The translations under genes and the position numbers were made by a program. A stretch of DNA of 59,951 bases from the NCBI GenBank assembly GCA_027451625.1, contig DAIDIY010000011.1:1-59951 (forward strand), written 5' to 3'. Positions 1-9,229 of the stretch are shown one piece after another. The notes beneath the pieces were generated by a model. It did no database searches. It worked only from the letters and a program-made list of their open reading frames with translations, and had not been told where the DNA came from. Within the stretch, counting starts at the first letter, position 1, and each line of letters opens with the position of its first letter. The stretch comes from Candidatus Daviesbacteria bacterium (GTDB taxonomy: Bacteria; Patescibacteriota; Microgenomatia; Daviesbacterales; UBA10151).

Positions 1-1
1 T

Positions 2-202
2 CAGCCACAACCTCAAGTAGTTTATGTTTCAGGGGCAACAGGAGTTACAACACTTCCTAAGACAGGTATGCCTGTTGAAGCTTGGGGATTAACAGGATTT
101 TTTCCAGTTGGAATTTGGCTTAGAAAGTTTGCGAGTAGTAAAAAAGCTTTACAAAGTTCAGCTAATTACTTGTGGAATCAAAGACAATTTCTAAAAAAGT
201 AA
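2..202 (+). CDS. 5'-truncated surface protein C-terminus with LPKTG sortase-like signal
   Basis: My translation of frame 2: QPQPQVVYVSGATGVTTLPKTGMPVEAWGLTGFFPVGIWLRKFASSKK...QRQFLKK*, TAA at 200-202; not in the ORF track. Confidence 0.7.
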   Translation, partial: QPQPQVVYVSGATGVTTLPKTGMPVEAWGLTGFFPVGIWLRKFASSKKALQSSANYLWNQRQFLKK

Positions 203-256
203 TATATCTTATAGTTGTATACTATAACTGTATGTGTTAAAATACAAATCACGATT

Positions 257-1024
257 ATGGAAAGACAAAAGATAGAGACCGGTACAAAAATTATATTAGC
301 AACAGTAGTGGGAGGAGGAAGTGCTTTATTGGGAGCAGATGTTGTGCTCAATCAATCACTTAATAATTTATCTCCTCATTCAGTAGTAGCTAGTGAACTA
401 GGTTTTAAACCCTCGTTTCATATGTTACTGGGAGAGTTAGTTGAAGCAGCTCCTAAAAATTGTACATTTACTGAGATTGTGTCAGGAACTCCAGGACAAA
501 CAGTATCAGTTTATAATAACGTAAATGGTCATAAAGGCCCCCTTCTCTCCGAGATAAAAGTTTCTTCGAATGATCAAGGCAAAGGACAAATAACAGCTGA
601 TTGTAATAGCGGGGTGATAATGGTATCAGATCTAAATCCCGGTAGAGAAATTCGTTTAAAACCTCTAATAAATGGTGGAATTCATCCCGATACAAGTTGG
701 AAAGTCGTATCTACTCCTGTTATACAAAAAGAACCTCATGTTATTAAACCTCAGCCTACTGTAGTAAGAGTTCAACCTATCGAGCCAGAGTCCTCTCAAC
801 CCTCTGTACCTGTAGTAAGAGTTCAACCTATTGAGGCACAGCCACCTTTAGGAGATGGAAGAAGGATAGATAATTTTTTTAGCTTTCCATATAGGTTTCT
901 TCGATCTTTGGGGTGGAATATTTCTCCCCAAGATGAAGATGTCGTCAATGTGTTTGGTTGGAGTGGAGGACTTTTTCTTGGGTGGAGAATCGGCCGAAGA
1001 ATAATAGGATTGTTGGGCTTATAG
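257..1024 (+). CDS. hypothetical membrane-anchored protein (N- and C-terminal hydrophobic segments, Pro-rich repeat linker)
   Basis: ORF 215..1024; ATG 257 (MERQK) preferred over TTG; IILATVVGGGSALLGA and VFGWSGGLFLGWRIGRR segments. Confidence 0.7.
   Translation: MERQKIETGTKIILATVVGGGSALLGADVVLNQSLNNLSPHSVVASELGFKPSFHMLLGELVEAAPKNCTFTEIVSGTPGQTVSVYNNVNGHKGPLLSEIKVSSNDQGKGQITADCNSGVIMVSDLNPGREIRLKPLINGGIHPDTSWKVVSTPVIQKEPHVIKPQPTVVRVQPIEPESSQPSVPVVRVQPIEAQPPLGDGRRIDNFFSFPYRFLRSLGWNISPQDEDVVNVFGWSGGLFLGWRIGRRIIGLLGL
759..835 (+). repeat. intragenic direct repeat, 2 copies 51 nt apart, encoding VVRVQPIE
   Basis: CTGTAGTAAGAGTTCAACCTAT(C/T)GAG at 759-784 and 810-835. Confidence 0.9.
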
Positions 1025-1738
1025 TCTGTATAAATATATATATCAATATATTATTAGTGGATTTATTATTCTGCTTGTTAATATAGTTATTCCAATATTA
1101 TTTGTCACAATAATTTGGTTTAGGATATTACAGTAGGACTAATTTACTAGAAATTACTGATCATCTTAACGGACCAAGTATTATTTCACGCCATAGGAGA
1201 ATTATTAATTTCTATGGTAATGTGGAATTTATTGTGGTTACTCTCAAATATTAGAGAGTATTCATACCTTGATGTTGAGATAATTATTTGTTTTATTTTT
1301 TCGACATCATTAATTCCTTTTTAGGAATGTTAAAAGCCCCCGTAGAAATAAAATCCATCGCATAAATGAATAATAAAAGGCTCAATCTAGGTATCTTATT
1401 GCAAATTATATAAGATTAAATTTGTGTATTGACTATATGATTTATAACGATATAGGAGATTCTTACAATGCGAAGAGAGGTACTCTTAATAGCTCTGAAT
1501 GTGCTATAGACGTCTTTCAGGAGGTCCCCAAAGCCTACTGGATTCATCGGGTAAAAGAGTATATCCCATTTCATTGTCAATTATGGTCATATAATTAGTC
1601 AACCAAAAATTTTTGGGATAGCTATTTGGTAGAGTAAAATTTAAAGTTTTTTATGATAATTAGAGATTCCTTTAGAGTAAATTAATTAAAGTTTGATTTG
1701 ATAATTATTTACAACTTTAAAAATTATTTATCAAAGTT

Positions 1739-2275
1739 TTAGAACTTAAGTTCTGAGTAGGAATGTAAATCTATACCTTGAGATTGATAAATCTCTTCGA
1801 TATCTTTATCTCCAACATCTTTTCCAGTTAATCCTAGTAGTGTTAAAGCCCTTTCTACATTTTCCTTACTATCAGATTCTATCTCTAAATATGGGTCAAT
1901 CATAGGCCAAGTATCGATAGAAAACTCTATTTTATCAAGCTGAAAGAGATGCCGTTTATTCTCTTGATAGAATATTCTAAAAAAAGGCAATTTCTTAAAT
2001 ATTTGAGCAGCTTTTTCGAAATCAGATACTTCAACTTCAATTTCTGTAGTTTTACCAAGTTCGGTATTTTTAATTATTTTATGTTTGTATGTGGTAGTAA
2101 CTTTATTTCCATGATCTCTAAGTCTTATCCATTCAAAGTTCGCAGACTTTAAATCGAACACATATCTTCTCATTAAAACTTCAGGTACTTCTTTTGCACC
2201 AAACTGTTTTAATTTATTAATAATCGATTTTAAGTCGAATTTAAGAACTTTAGTCTCGTACTCTATATTCTCCAT
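1739..2275 (-). CDS. CYTH domain protein (class IV adenylate cyclase/triphosphate tunnel family)
   Basis: N-terminal ExExK (EYETK), WIRLR, EIEVEV, QENKR, YLEIE motifs. Confidence 0.85.
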   Translation of the reverse strand: MENIEYETKVLKFDLKSIINKLKQFGAKEVPEVLMRRYVFDLKSANFEWIRLRDHGNKVTTTYKHKIIKNTELGKTTEIEVEVSDFEKAAQIFKKLPFFRIFYQENKRHLFQLDKIEFSIDTWPMIDPYLEIESDSKENVERALTLLGLTGKDVGDKDIEEIYQSQGIDLHSYSELKF

Positions 2276-2355
2276 AATAGAAAGTATATCAAAAGTTAGG
2301 ATTTCTAAACTCTAATTTTATCTAAATAGTGCATTTAGCTTCTAAATCCCGTATT

Positions 2356-2634
2356 CTAGTACCGAATGAAATACTTAGAGTAAATTAAGGTGTAAATTAA
2401 ATACTCCCTGAGATGTCTTGTATTGCAGTATTCATTTGCACCTCGATGCCAGAAGGAATAAGGATCAGCATGAAATGTTTCCATATCCAGGTTATTTCTT
2501 AACTTAAAGTACAAATGGGTCTTTTTGCCGTTATCCAAGTAGTTGATCTTTTGGCTTTTCCGGGTAGAGGAGAAAATATCCTTCGTTGAGCATAAAGGGG
2601 AGACTCGCTATCAATGGCTTTAATTTTTTTAGCA
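2356..2634 (-). pseudogene. IS30-family transposase fragment, frameshifted
   Basis: AKKIK...RIFSPLPGKAKRSTTW, frameshift near 2535, then DNGK...FHADPYSFWHRGANEYCN..LREY, matching the IS30 DDE region TxDNGxEF...ADPYSSWQRGTNENTNGLLRQY. Confidence 0.8.
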
Positions 2635-2742
2635 CCTATACTTCTAAATGTTTACTATAAATTCAAGAGATTAGGACTGATTATTAATGTGATATAGAAG
2701 GAAAGATTGATTCTAGATTGAGAATATGGTTAATTAAATTTA

Positions 2743-3519
2743 ATGGAGATTTTAAGTTCTAATTCTTCAAATACCCAAAACCAAGAAATAAATCAACAAA
2801 TTTATTCTACAATTGATTCTCAGGTAGAAACTCCTAAATCTGGTAATAACAAATTGTTAATAATATTATTAATAATTTGTTTTGTAATGATCTCAGTTTT
2901 TGGAGGTTATTATTATATATCCCATACATCAAATAGCAGTCTACAAGTAAGCACTATTCCTCCTAATGAGATAAAAATACCACAAGTAACTCAATCTTTG
3001 CCTTCTCCGGAGCAACCTACACCAACAGTGGAATCCTCCATGAGCTCTGGATTAAAAATATATACAGCTCAAGATAATAGTTTCAGTTTTTCATACCCTG
3101 CTTCTTGGAGTGAAACTCAGCAAACTCAAAATATACCTTTACTAACTTCAAGCGGGAAGAGATATCCTGATATAATGATTAGTTTTTATCAAACTCCTAC
3201 AAAGACTAGCTTCACTGACCCTAGTACACTATCAGTTCAAATTTTTACCAATACTGATTTTTCTAATTTAACTCCTGAAAGTTTTATAAAAGAAGTCGGC
3301 GGCAGTTATTATAAAGGTGGAAATTATATAAATATAGGTAGTTTAAAAGTTTTTGAAGCTAAAGCTAATTACTTAGGATCTTTATCAACAAGTTATATCT
3401 TTAATAAAGGAGATAGCTTCTACGATTTTTCGAATTCTGATACAATCTTTACCCAACCAGGTAAAGATTTCACCTCAGTAATAACTCCTATACTTTCAAG
3501 TTTTAAATTCATGAATTAA
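2743..3519 (+). CDS. single-pass membrane protein with P/T/S linker and PsbP-like extracellular domain
   Basis: TM LLIILLIICFVMISVFGGYYY, then YT...FSFSYPASW motif. Confidence 0.7.
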   Translation: MEILSSNSSNTQNQEINQQIYSTIDSQVETPKSGNNKLLIILLIICFVMISVFGGYYYISHTSNSSLQVSTIPPNEIKIPQVTQSLPSPEQPTPTVESSMSSGLKIYTAQDNSFSFSYPASWSETQQTQNIPLLTSSGKRYPDIMISFYQTPTKTSFTDPSTLSVQIFTNTDFSNLTPESFIKEVGGSYYKGGNYINIGSLKVFEAKANYLGSLSTSYIFNKGDSFYDFSNSDTIFTQPGKDFTSVITPILSSFKFMN

Positions 3520-3631
3520 TTGTTAAAAACAGTTAATTTCTTTGATTTAATAGACTATAATGGAACTCCTTGATAGAATACGTTATCAATATCTTCCTAA
3601 GAGTTAGATATAATTTATCTGTATTTAGGTT

Positions 3632-3790
3632 CTAATCCAAGAGAGGGTGTACAGTTATGGGATTTTTAGATTGGGTATCTTTTGTGGATATTAAAAAATA
3701 CCCTCCAGCTAGTAGGATTACAGCCAATGCGCTGATGATAATCCCTAGCTACCTGCACCACGCACACTTAAATGATCTGATCTTATTGAT
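3632..3790 (-). pseudogene. remnant of a membrane-anchored protein gene
   Basis: Minus frame NKIRSFKCAWCR*LGIIISALAVILLAGGYFLISTKDTQSK...*; internal TAG at 3749-3751. Confidence 0.45.
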
Positions 3791-3880
3791 ACAAAAGTCA
3801 AATTAATATAAATACTGAATTGATGTTTGACTCATAGAGTCTTTGAGAGAGCTTTAGAAAATTGTAATATAATTTCAAAC

Positions 3881-4297
3881 ATGGCAGAGTTACAACCAAA
3901 AATTGTTACTAGAGCATTTATTCAAGACAATGAAGGAAGAATCTTGCTGGGGAGAAGGGCAAGAGGCCATGGTGTTGGACAATTTGCTTTAGTTGGAGGT
4001 AAGCCTGACGCAGGAGAATCTAACGATCGCGCAATAGAAAGGGAAGTTTTTGAGGAATTAGGATTAAAATTTATTCCTGTATTCTATTCAGCAGTCAGAG
4101 ATACCCATTTTGATTCTTTATATCCTTGGGAGGTTTATTATTATACAGGTGAAGTAACTGGGAATTTAAATCCTAAGACAGATGAAATTACTGAAGTAAT
4201 CTATGTTGGTCAGTCTGACTTAGATAACGTGGATATAGCCTTTGATCATAGAGATAGGTTGAGAGAATTCTTCATAGCAATGAAAAAGCCACTCTAA
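3881..4297 (+). CDS. NUDIX hydrolase
   Basis: Nudix box GGKPDAGESNDRAIEREVFEELGL; start moved to ATG 3881, 7 nt after TATAAT. Confidence 0.9.
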   Translation: MAELQPKIVTRAFIQDNEGRILLGRRARGHGVGQFALVGGKPDAGESNDRAIEREVFEELGLKFIPVFYSAVRDTHFDSLYPWEVYYYTGEVTGNLNPKTDEITEVIYVGQSDLDNVDIAFDHRDRLREFFIAMKKPL

Positions 4298-4331
4298 ATA
4301 AGCTAAGTGTTTTGCAAAGCTTTAGCAAAAA

Positions 4332-4580
4332 TTATTTTAAGTTGTTATTTACGTATAATTGAATTTGATTTGTAGCTATAAGTCCACTAACAGCAGCTAT
4401 TATCCTTAGTGATCCCTTTACTGCCAAACTGGTGAGATCTAGATTTACGTTATTAAATATAATTGATCTAATTAAATCTTCAACACCCCAGATAGCTAAA
4501 GGTAAGGCCGATATTTTCAACATCACTAAAGTTGTTTCAGTCAAAGAATATATATTTGCCTGACTTTCTTTAAACATCAC
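4332..4580 (-). CDS. small hypothetical membrane protein (possibly a fragment)
   Basis: 82-aa ORF with two hydrophobic stretches. Confidence 0.4.
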   Translation of the reverse strand: MMFKESQANIYSLTETTLVMLKISALPLAIWGVEDLIRSIIFNNVNLDLTSLAVKGSLRIIAAVSGLIATNQIQLYVNNNLK

Positions 4581-4817
4581 TGAAATATATCATATTCCAG
4601 GTGTATTTCAATTAGATTTAGAAGCATTTTTTACTCCATACTCTTCTTAACTATATTTAGGTTATGCTGGTTATATCTGCCTATTAAATTAGGAATGTAT
4701 CTTGTTACTTAATAGATTGAGCTGTTTTAGTAATCTAAACGCTTATCTAGTTGGGGATTGTACAGGATTATAGGAAAATATATTTCATATAGTTTTAGAT
4801 GTACATGAAAGATCCAT

Positions 4818-5280
4818 GATATACTTGGTGTAATGGAGATTAATTTTGCCAATCTTCAAATAAAGCTATCACCGTAAGCTATACAGTCAGCTTTTTATGC
4901 TGGAATTGCGTATGTTATTTTATTTTTCTACTCAATTATTCAAGGAGTTTATAAAAGAAGATTAGGACTTGTTGACCTGAGAAGTCCAAAATTTAATCAA
5001 AATTTTTTTGAGCCTATTGTATTTGAAAAGTTAACGGCAATAATTTTCGGCGTGATTTTAGCTTTAATTACTGGTTGTCTTTCCTTTTTACTTATAGTTA
5101 TTTTAAGGTCAACTGTTTTGTTCAACATTCCAGTTCTTATTCTAATTTTAATTTTTTCAATAATACCCGCATTCTTTGCTGATAACGCCTGAATTATCGT
5201 GAAGGCTGAAATAAAAAAACTCAATAAGCTAAGTTCGGCAGAACTTATTTATACAGTTAGGAATTTAGAAGGGGTTAGTG
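4818..5280 (+). pseudogene. multi-pass membrane protein pseudogene with in-frame stops
   Basis: One frame reads DILGVMEINF...LSP*AIQSAFYAGIAYVILFFYS...IIFGVILALITGCLSFLLIVIL...FFADNA*IIVKAEIKK; stops TAA 4875 and TGA 5190; ends approximate. Confidence 0.55.
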
Positions 5281-5547
5281 GCGATAAACCTCATTATGGG
5301 TGCCTATTTCAAAAAACAAATATTCATCTTCTGTTTCAATATAGAGCATTCTCAGACTCATATCTACGGAGATGCTCCAGGTATTTTCTACATCCTTTGT
5401 TATTTTATGTAAACGTAGCGATGGATGCCTCGGGTTTTCTTGAAAAAGTTTTAGTTGTTTTTGAATTTTATTAGATAATTTTGTATTTGATCGTTGAATT
5501 TCTTGTAGTTTTTTATATACTTCAGCACTTAACTTAATTGATTTCAC
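5275..5547 (-). CDS. type II toxin, RelE/YafQ-like mRNA interferase
   Basis: FQENPRHPSLRLHKI...WSISVDMSLRMLY...IGTHNEVY; 4-nt overlap with upstream antitoxin. Confidence 0.85.
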   Translation of the reverse strand: MKSIKLSAEVYKKLQEIQRSNTKLSNKIQKQLKLFQENPRHPSLRLHKITKDVENTWSISVDMSLRMLYIETEDEYLFFEIGTHNEVYRH

Positions 5548-5798
5548 AGCTTTTTGAAGAGTTCATCTATATTAGTTACTTCTACTGCTTTTTCTTTTTC
5601 TTCAAGAGCTTTTTTATATGACTGGATTGTTCTATCAGAAGCTTCAAATGTAGGAAATTCCATGTCAGCAACATCCTGTAGGATAAGGTGTTTAATATAG
5701 CCTGCAAGTGGCATGCCAAACTTACTAGCTTTACTTTCTAGGTAATCCTTTAATGCCACCGGAAGATTTAATTTAATTTGAGCTTGTGGTGTAACCAT
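5544..5798 (-). CDS. putative ribbon-helix-helix antitoxin
   Basis: QIKLNLPVALKDYLESKASKFGMPLAGYIKHLI RHH pattern, C-terminal NIDELFKKL, directly upstream of toxin. Confidence 0.8.
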   Translation of the reverse strand: MVTPQAQIKLNLPVALKDYLESKASKFGMPLAGYIKHLILQDVADMEFPTFEASDRTIQSYKKALEEKEKAVEVTNIDELFKKL

Positions 5799-5804
5799 AT
5801 CTTT

Positions 5805-5841
5805 ATAATAGCACTATTTTAAGGACTATTCAAGGACTAAT
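5805..5841 (-). promoter_or_regulatory. TA promoter (TGcTATTAT) with three AG(C/G)ACTA(T/A)T direct repeats, putative operator
   Basis: Repeats at 5810, 5822, 5833; -10 at 5805-5810, 6 nt from ATG. Confidence 0.55.
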
Positions 5842-5966
5842 CTAATATTTAGACATCTACATAAAATTGTGCTTAGTTATCCTACAGCTCCATAATGGAT
5901 TGAGGCACTATATAACTACCAACAAACTGACAATTAGCTGGGGATTGTGGAAGAATTCAGAACTTA

Positions 5967-6482
5967 CTATTCAAATTTTGCGGTAGCTAAAATTTGATTG
6001 AAGATTTTTTCAACACTTCCATTTTCTTCTCTATAGACACTAATACAAGTCTTTTTATCAGGTAAATACTGATATGCTGTATTACCTACCCAACCTTTTC
6101 TCCAATCTCTATCATTGTTAGGAAAAAATAAATTTATCTTGCCAGCTAGGAGAATATTCTCTCCTCTTAGGTTAGTTTCATTAAACTGATTATGGCAGAA
6201 ACTTCCGTCAAGATTTTGGGTAATCGTGATTATCATCTGATAGCCTTGTTTAAATGTAATAGTCTCAATTGTTGCTGGTGACCCATAATTTATAACATAG
6301 CTTGATTGAACTCCATTAGGAGTATTGAAAGTCAAATTAAGTATACTGCTGCGAATTATTTGAGGTGATCTTAAAAAAGGAATACTTGCGTTAGTTCTTA
6401 GCTTAAAAATTACAAATCCCAAGATAATTAGAAAAATTGCTACAATCGGAATTAATCTGTGCGTAAATCCTTCCTGATTCAT
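5967..6482 (-). CDS. hypothetical exported protein with pilin-like N-terminus (MNQEG/F + TM)
   Basis: Within ORF 5967..6563; ATG 6482 gives MNQEGFTHRLIPIVAIFLIILGFVIF. Confidence 0.6.
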   Translation of the reverse strand: MNQEGFTHRLIPIVAIFLIILGFVIFKLRTNASIPFLRSPQIIRSSILNLTFNTPNGVQSSYVINYGSPATIETITFKQGYQMIITITQNLDGSFCHNQFNETNLRGENILLAGKINLFFPNNDRDWRKGWVGNTAYQYLPDKKTCISVYREENGSVEKIFNQILATAKFE

Positions 6483-6809
6483 ACTGGTATGATCTAATAA
6501 TCCAAACTTCGAATCAATACATTGGTTTGAAGTTATCATTAAGCATCTAATAAACTGAGGCAATTAAGAAGAAAAAGTGGATAACATTCTAAAATATGTT
6601 GAGGGGATTAGGAGATACCGAGGATAATCATGAAGTTAGGATTAAAAGAATTGAGAATATTCCCTCTATTTCTCAACAACTTAAGTAAACAATATTTATT
6701 CCACCATTCAACTCACTATTGTTGAAGTTCTGATATCATACACTAGGCATAGCTTGCTGCGGGTCTTGGAGCAAGTTAGAACCAAATTGGCTCTATAAAT
6801 TGATTTAAG

Positions 6810-7292
6810 TTAGTTAAATTTTTTAACTAATACTAAATCTGAATCAATAAATCCCATTTTGTGGTAAATATCAATGACACTTTTATTAGAAGCGTATGCT
6901 TCTACTTTTAGGTAATTGCATTTTGATTGTTTAAAATTGGAAAGTAGTGCTTCAAATAATTGTCTACCAATACCTTTATCTCTAAGCTCTTCTGAAACAA
7001 ACCAGTCCTCGATAAACCCCTCTTTATTTAATACTCTAGATGAATTAGCTTTAACTAAACCAACAATATACCCAACAAGCTTTTCATTTTCCTCAGCTAC
7101 GTAAACGATATAATCATTATTAGTAAGATATTTATCTATAATCTTAACAAATAACTCATCTTTGTTTTCATATTCTACAAATGGCAAAAATTCGTTGGGG
7201 AATATTTTATCTGTAATATAATAATCTGCAAATTCATAGAGCAAAGATAATAGTTGATCTCTGTCTTTAATCTCAGCTTTTCTAATTTCCAT
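6810..7292 (-). CDS. GNAT family N-acetyltransferase
   Basis: MEIRKA start, FVSEELRDKGIGRQL acetyl-CoA motif, N...YHKMGF; ATG 7292 is 7 nt after TGaTATAAT. Confidence 0.9.
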   Translation of the reverse strand: MEIRKAEIKDRDQLLSLLYEFADYYITDKIFPNEFLPFVEYENKDELFVKIIDKYLTNNDYIVYVAEENEKLVGYIVGLVKANSSRVLNKEGFIEDWFVSEELRDKGIGRQLFEALLSNFKQSKCNYLKVEAYASNKSVIDIYHKMGFIDSDLVLVKKFN

Positions 7293-7434
7293 AATTCTGA
7301 TTATATCAGAGGTTCGAGCATCCAAACTCTATGATCCGAAAAGGATTGATATAGTAAGCTAATATTTATGTGCTGGCATTGGTTGACTATGTGGGAACTT
7401 ATTATTTAAATATTTAATGAGGTTTGCTTAAGGA

Positions 7435-7968
7435 CTAACTCTCCAAAATAGGAGATTCTTCAACAATAATTTTCTTTTTTGCAATTTTTTTTGATTTTTC
7501 TACATCTTTAGTTGAAATCTCTTTATTAGATTCAGTCGGTAATAAGAGAGACAAAATCATATCAAGTTTGTCATTAAGTTCTTTAAACTTATCTTTTCCT
7601 CCACCCAAAGATTTTTTATCACCGAAACAGTTACTACAAAAAACTGGTTTATCACTGGTAGGCTGGAAAGGAACTTTACAATTATCTCCACAATCTGCAC
7701 AAATAGCATTAAACATTTGTCTATCTTCATTATTACTAGATCTATTAAAATTTCTGTTCTCAGGTCTTACAAAGTTTGAACTATTTCCTTGATCTTCAAA
7801 ACATTGACTGCAAAAAACAGGACGGCCATTTGTTGGTCTAAAAGGGATCTGACAATCTTTTCCACATTTACTACAAACTGCTTGGAACATCTCCCTAGAA
7901 CCATTATTACCAAATTTAGGTTTAAATCTACCACCTCTATTTGACCCACTATTTCTATTAAATGTCAT
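7435..7968 (-). CDS. CxxC-x17-CxxC zinc-finger protein (two domains)
   Basis: MFQAVCSKCG...PFRP..GRPVFCSQCF and MFNAICADCG...PFQP...PVFCSNCF. Confidence 0.9.
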   Translation of the reverse strand: MTFNRNSGSNRGGRFKPKFGNNGSREMFQAVCSKCGKDCQIPFRPTNGRPVFCSQCFEDQGNSSNFVRPENRNFNRSSNNEDRQMFNAICADCGDNCKVPFQPTSDKPVFCSNCFGDKKSLGGGKDKFKELNDKLDMILSLLLPTESNKEISTKDVEKSKKIAKKKIIVEESPILES

Positions 7969-8023
7969 CTTACAAGTATATCACATATGAGCATAATTAG
8001 ATAATCTGACGAATGTATTTTAG

Positions 8024-8097
8024 CTGCCGGACTAGGACTCGAACCTAGAATCTTCGCGTCCAGAGCGCGACGTGATTACCGATTACACCATCCGGCA
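8024..8097 (-). tRNA. tRNA-Gln(CTG)
   Basis: Reverse complement folds to a cloverleaf: acceptor TGCCGGA/TCCGGCA (U1-A72), anticodon arm TCGCG-CTCTGGA-CGCGA, GGTTCGAGTCC T arm; followed by CTA rather than CCA. Confidence 0.95.
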
Positions 8098-8215
8098 TTG
8101 TTGTTAATTTTAAAAATTTTATTTTATATTAAGTCTTTATTAATAGATATCTAGTCGATTATGGTGCTATTTTACCACTTTCTAAAATTTTAGGTTGTGA
8201 TAAGATTCAAAAGAA

Positions 8216-8785
8216 ATGGATATATATGCTGATAATGGAGTGTTTAATATGCGACACAGACCTTTGATCTTTGTAGATATAGAGACTACAGGTTTGGCTG
8301 TACAAAAGCACGAGATTATTGAAATAGGAGCATTAAAAGTTGAACCCAAAAAACCATTTAAAATTATTGAAGAATTATCTATTAAAGTTAAACCTACCAA
8401 TCTAGAAGTAGCAGATAGAAAATCTTTAGCTACAGTGAATTTTACACAGAGTGAATGGAGTAAGGCGCTAAGATTAGAAGATGCTTTAAGACAGCTTTAT
8501 ATTTTTGGTCTCGGAGGGGTAATGGTTGGTTTTAACGTTAATTTTGACTGGGCTTTTCTAGATAGAGCATATTTTCAATCTGGGTTATCTGATCCGTTTT
8601 ATTATCATAGATTAGATGTTATGTCGATGGCATATATGGTTTTATTCCGAAAAAAAAGTTTAAAACGGTTTAGCCTAAAAGAATTGTCTAAATACTTAAA
8701 GATTTCTAATTCAGTAGAACATCGAGCTCTAGCTGATATTAAGATCACGTATCTTGTCTTTAAGAAACTGTTTGAATACACTTAG
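8216..8785 (+). CDS. DEDDh 3'-5' exonuclease (DnaQ/RNase T/oligoribonuclease-like)
   Basis: ExoI DIETTG, ExoII GFNVNFD, ExoIII HRALAD. Confidence 0.9.
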   Translation: MDIYADNGVFNMRHRPLIFVDIETTGLAVQKHEIIEIGALKVEPKKPFKIIEELSIKVKPTNLEVADRKSLATVNFTQSEWSKALRLEDALRQLYIFGLGGVMVGFNVNFDWAFLDRAYFQSGLSDPFYYHRLDVMSMAYMVLFRKKSLKRFSLKELSKYLKISNSVEHRALADIKITYLVFKKLFEYT

Positions 8786-8788
8786 GAT

Positions 8789-9229
8789 ATGATTTATTTA
8801 GGATCGGATCATCGGGGATTTAATTTAAAAAATATTTTAGTTTCTAAGCTTATTGAAGCCGGATTTGAAGTGTCTGATTTAGGAGATAATGAGCTGGATA
8901 AAGATGATGATTATGTAGATTTTGCGGTTAAAGTTGCTGAGGCAGTACAACAGGATAATAAATCCTGGGGAGTTGTTATATGCGGTTCGGGAGTTGGAGT
9001 TGATATGGTAGCGAATCGCTTCAAAGGTATAAGATCGGCTTTAGTTTTTGATGTCCAGCGATCAATACAATCTAGACAACATGAAGATGCAAACGTCTTA
9101 GCACTAGCTGCAGATGTATTAGACGAAACGACTGCATGGGAAATAGTTGAAGCTTTTTTGAAGACTCCATTTTCGAACGAGGAAAGGCATGTTAGAAGGC
9201 TAAATAAAATGGCTTCTTTAGAGAGATGA
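8789..9229 (+). CDS. rpiB: ribose-5-phosphate isomerase B
   Basis: GSDHRG, ICGSGVG, SRQHEDANVL, RHVRR. Confidence 0.92.
   Translation: MIYLGSDHRGFNLKNILVSKLIEAGFEVSDLGDNELDKDDDYVDFAVKVAEAVQQDNKSWGVVICGSGVGVDMVANRFKGIRSALVFDVQRSIQSRQHEDANVLALAADVLDETTAWEIVEAFLKTPFSNEERHVRRLNKMASLER

Noticed and set aside
759..835. Two 26-nt repeats with a 25-nt spacer resembling a mini-CRISPR
   Set aside because: Only two copies, period 51 nt (17 codons), in frame inside a gene encoding a VVRVQPIE repeat; no cas genes
3708..3749. Bulged hairpin GCTAG/GGATTA/CAGC as an ncRNA
   Set aside because: Lies in a decayed TM-coding frame on the minus strand; no recognisable RNA family
4818..5280. In-frame TGA suggesting stop-codon reassignment (code 25/4)
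   Set aside because: Same frame also has an internal TAA; TGA ends conserved genes such as rpiB and ruvC at expected lengths
6651..6776. Three short hairpins as IS200/IS605 end or ncRNA
   Set aside because: Weak AT-rich stems, partly inside a gene remnant, no tnpA/tnpB nearby
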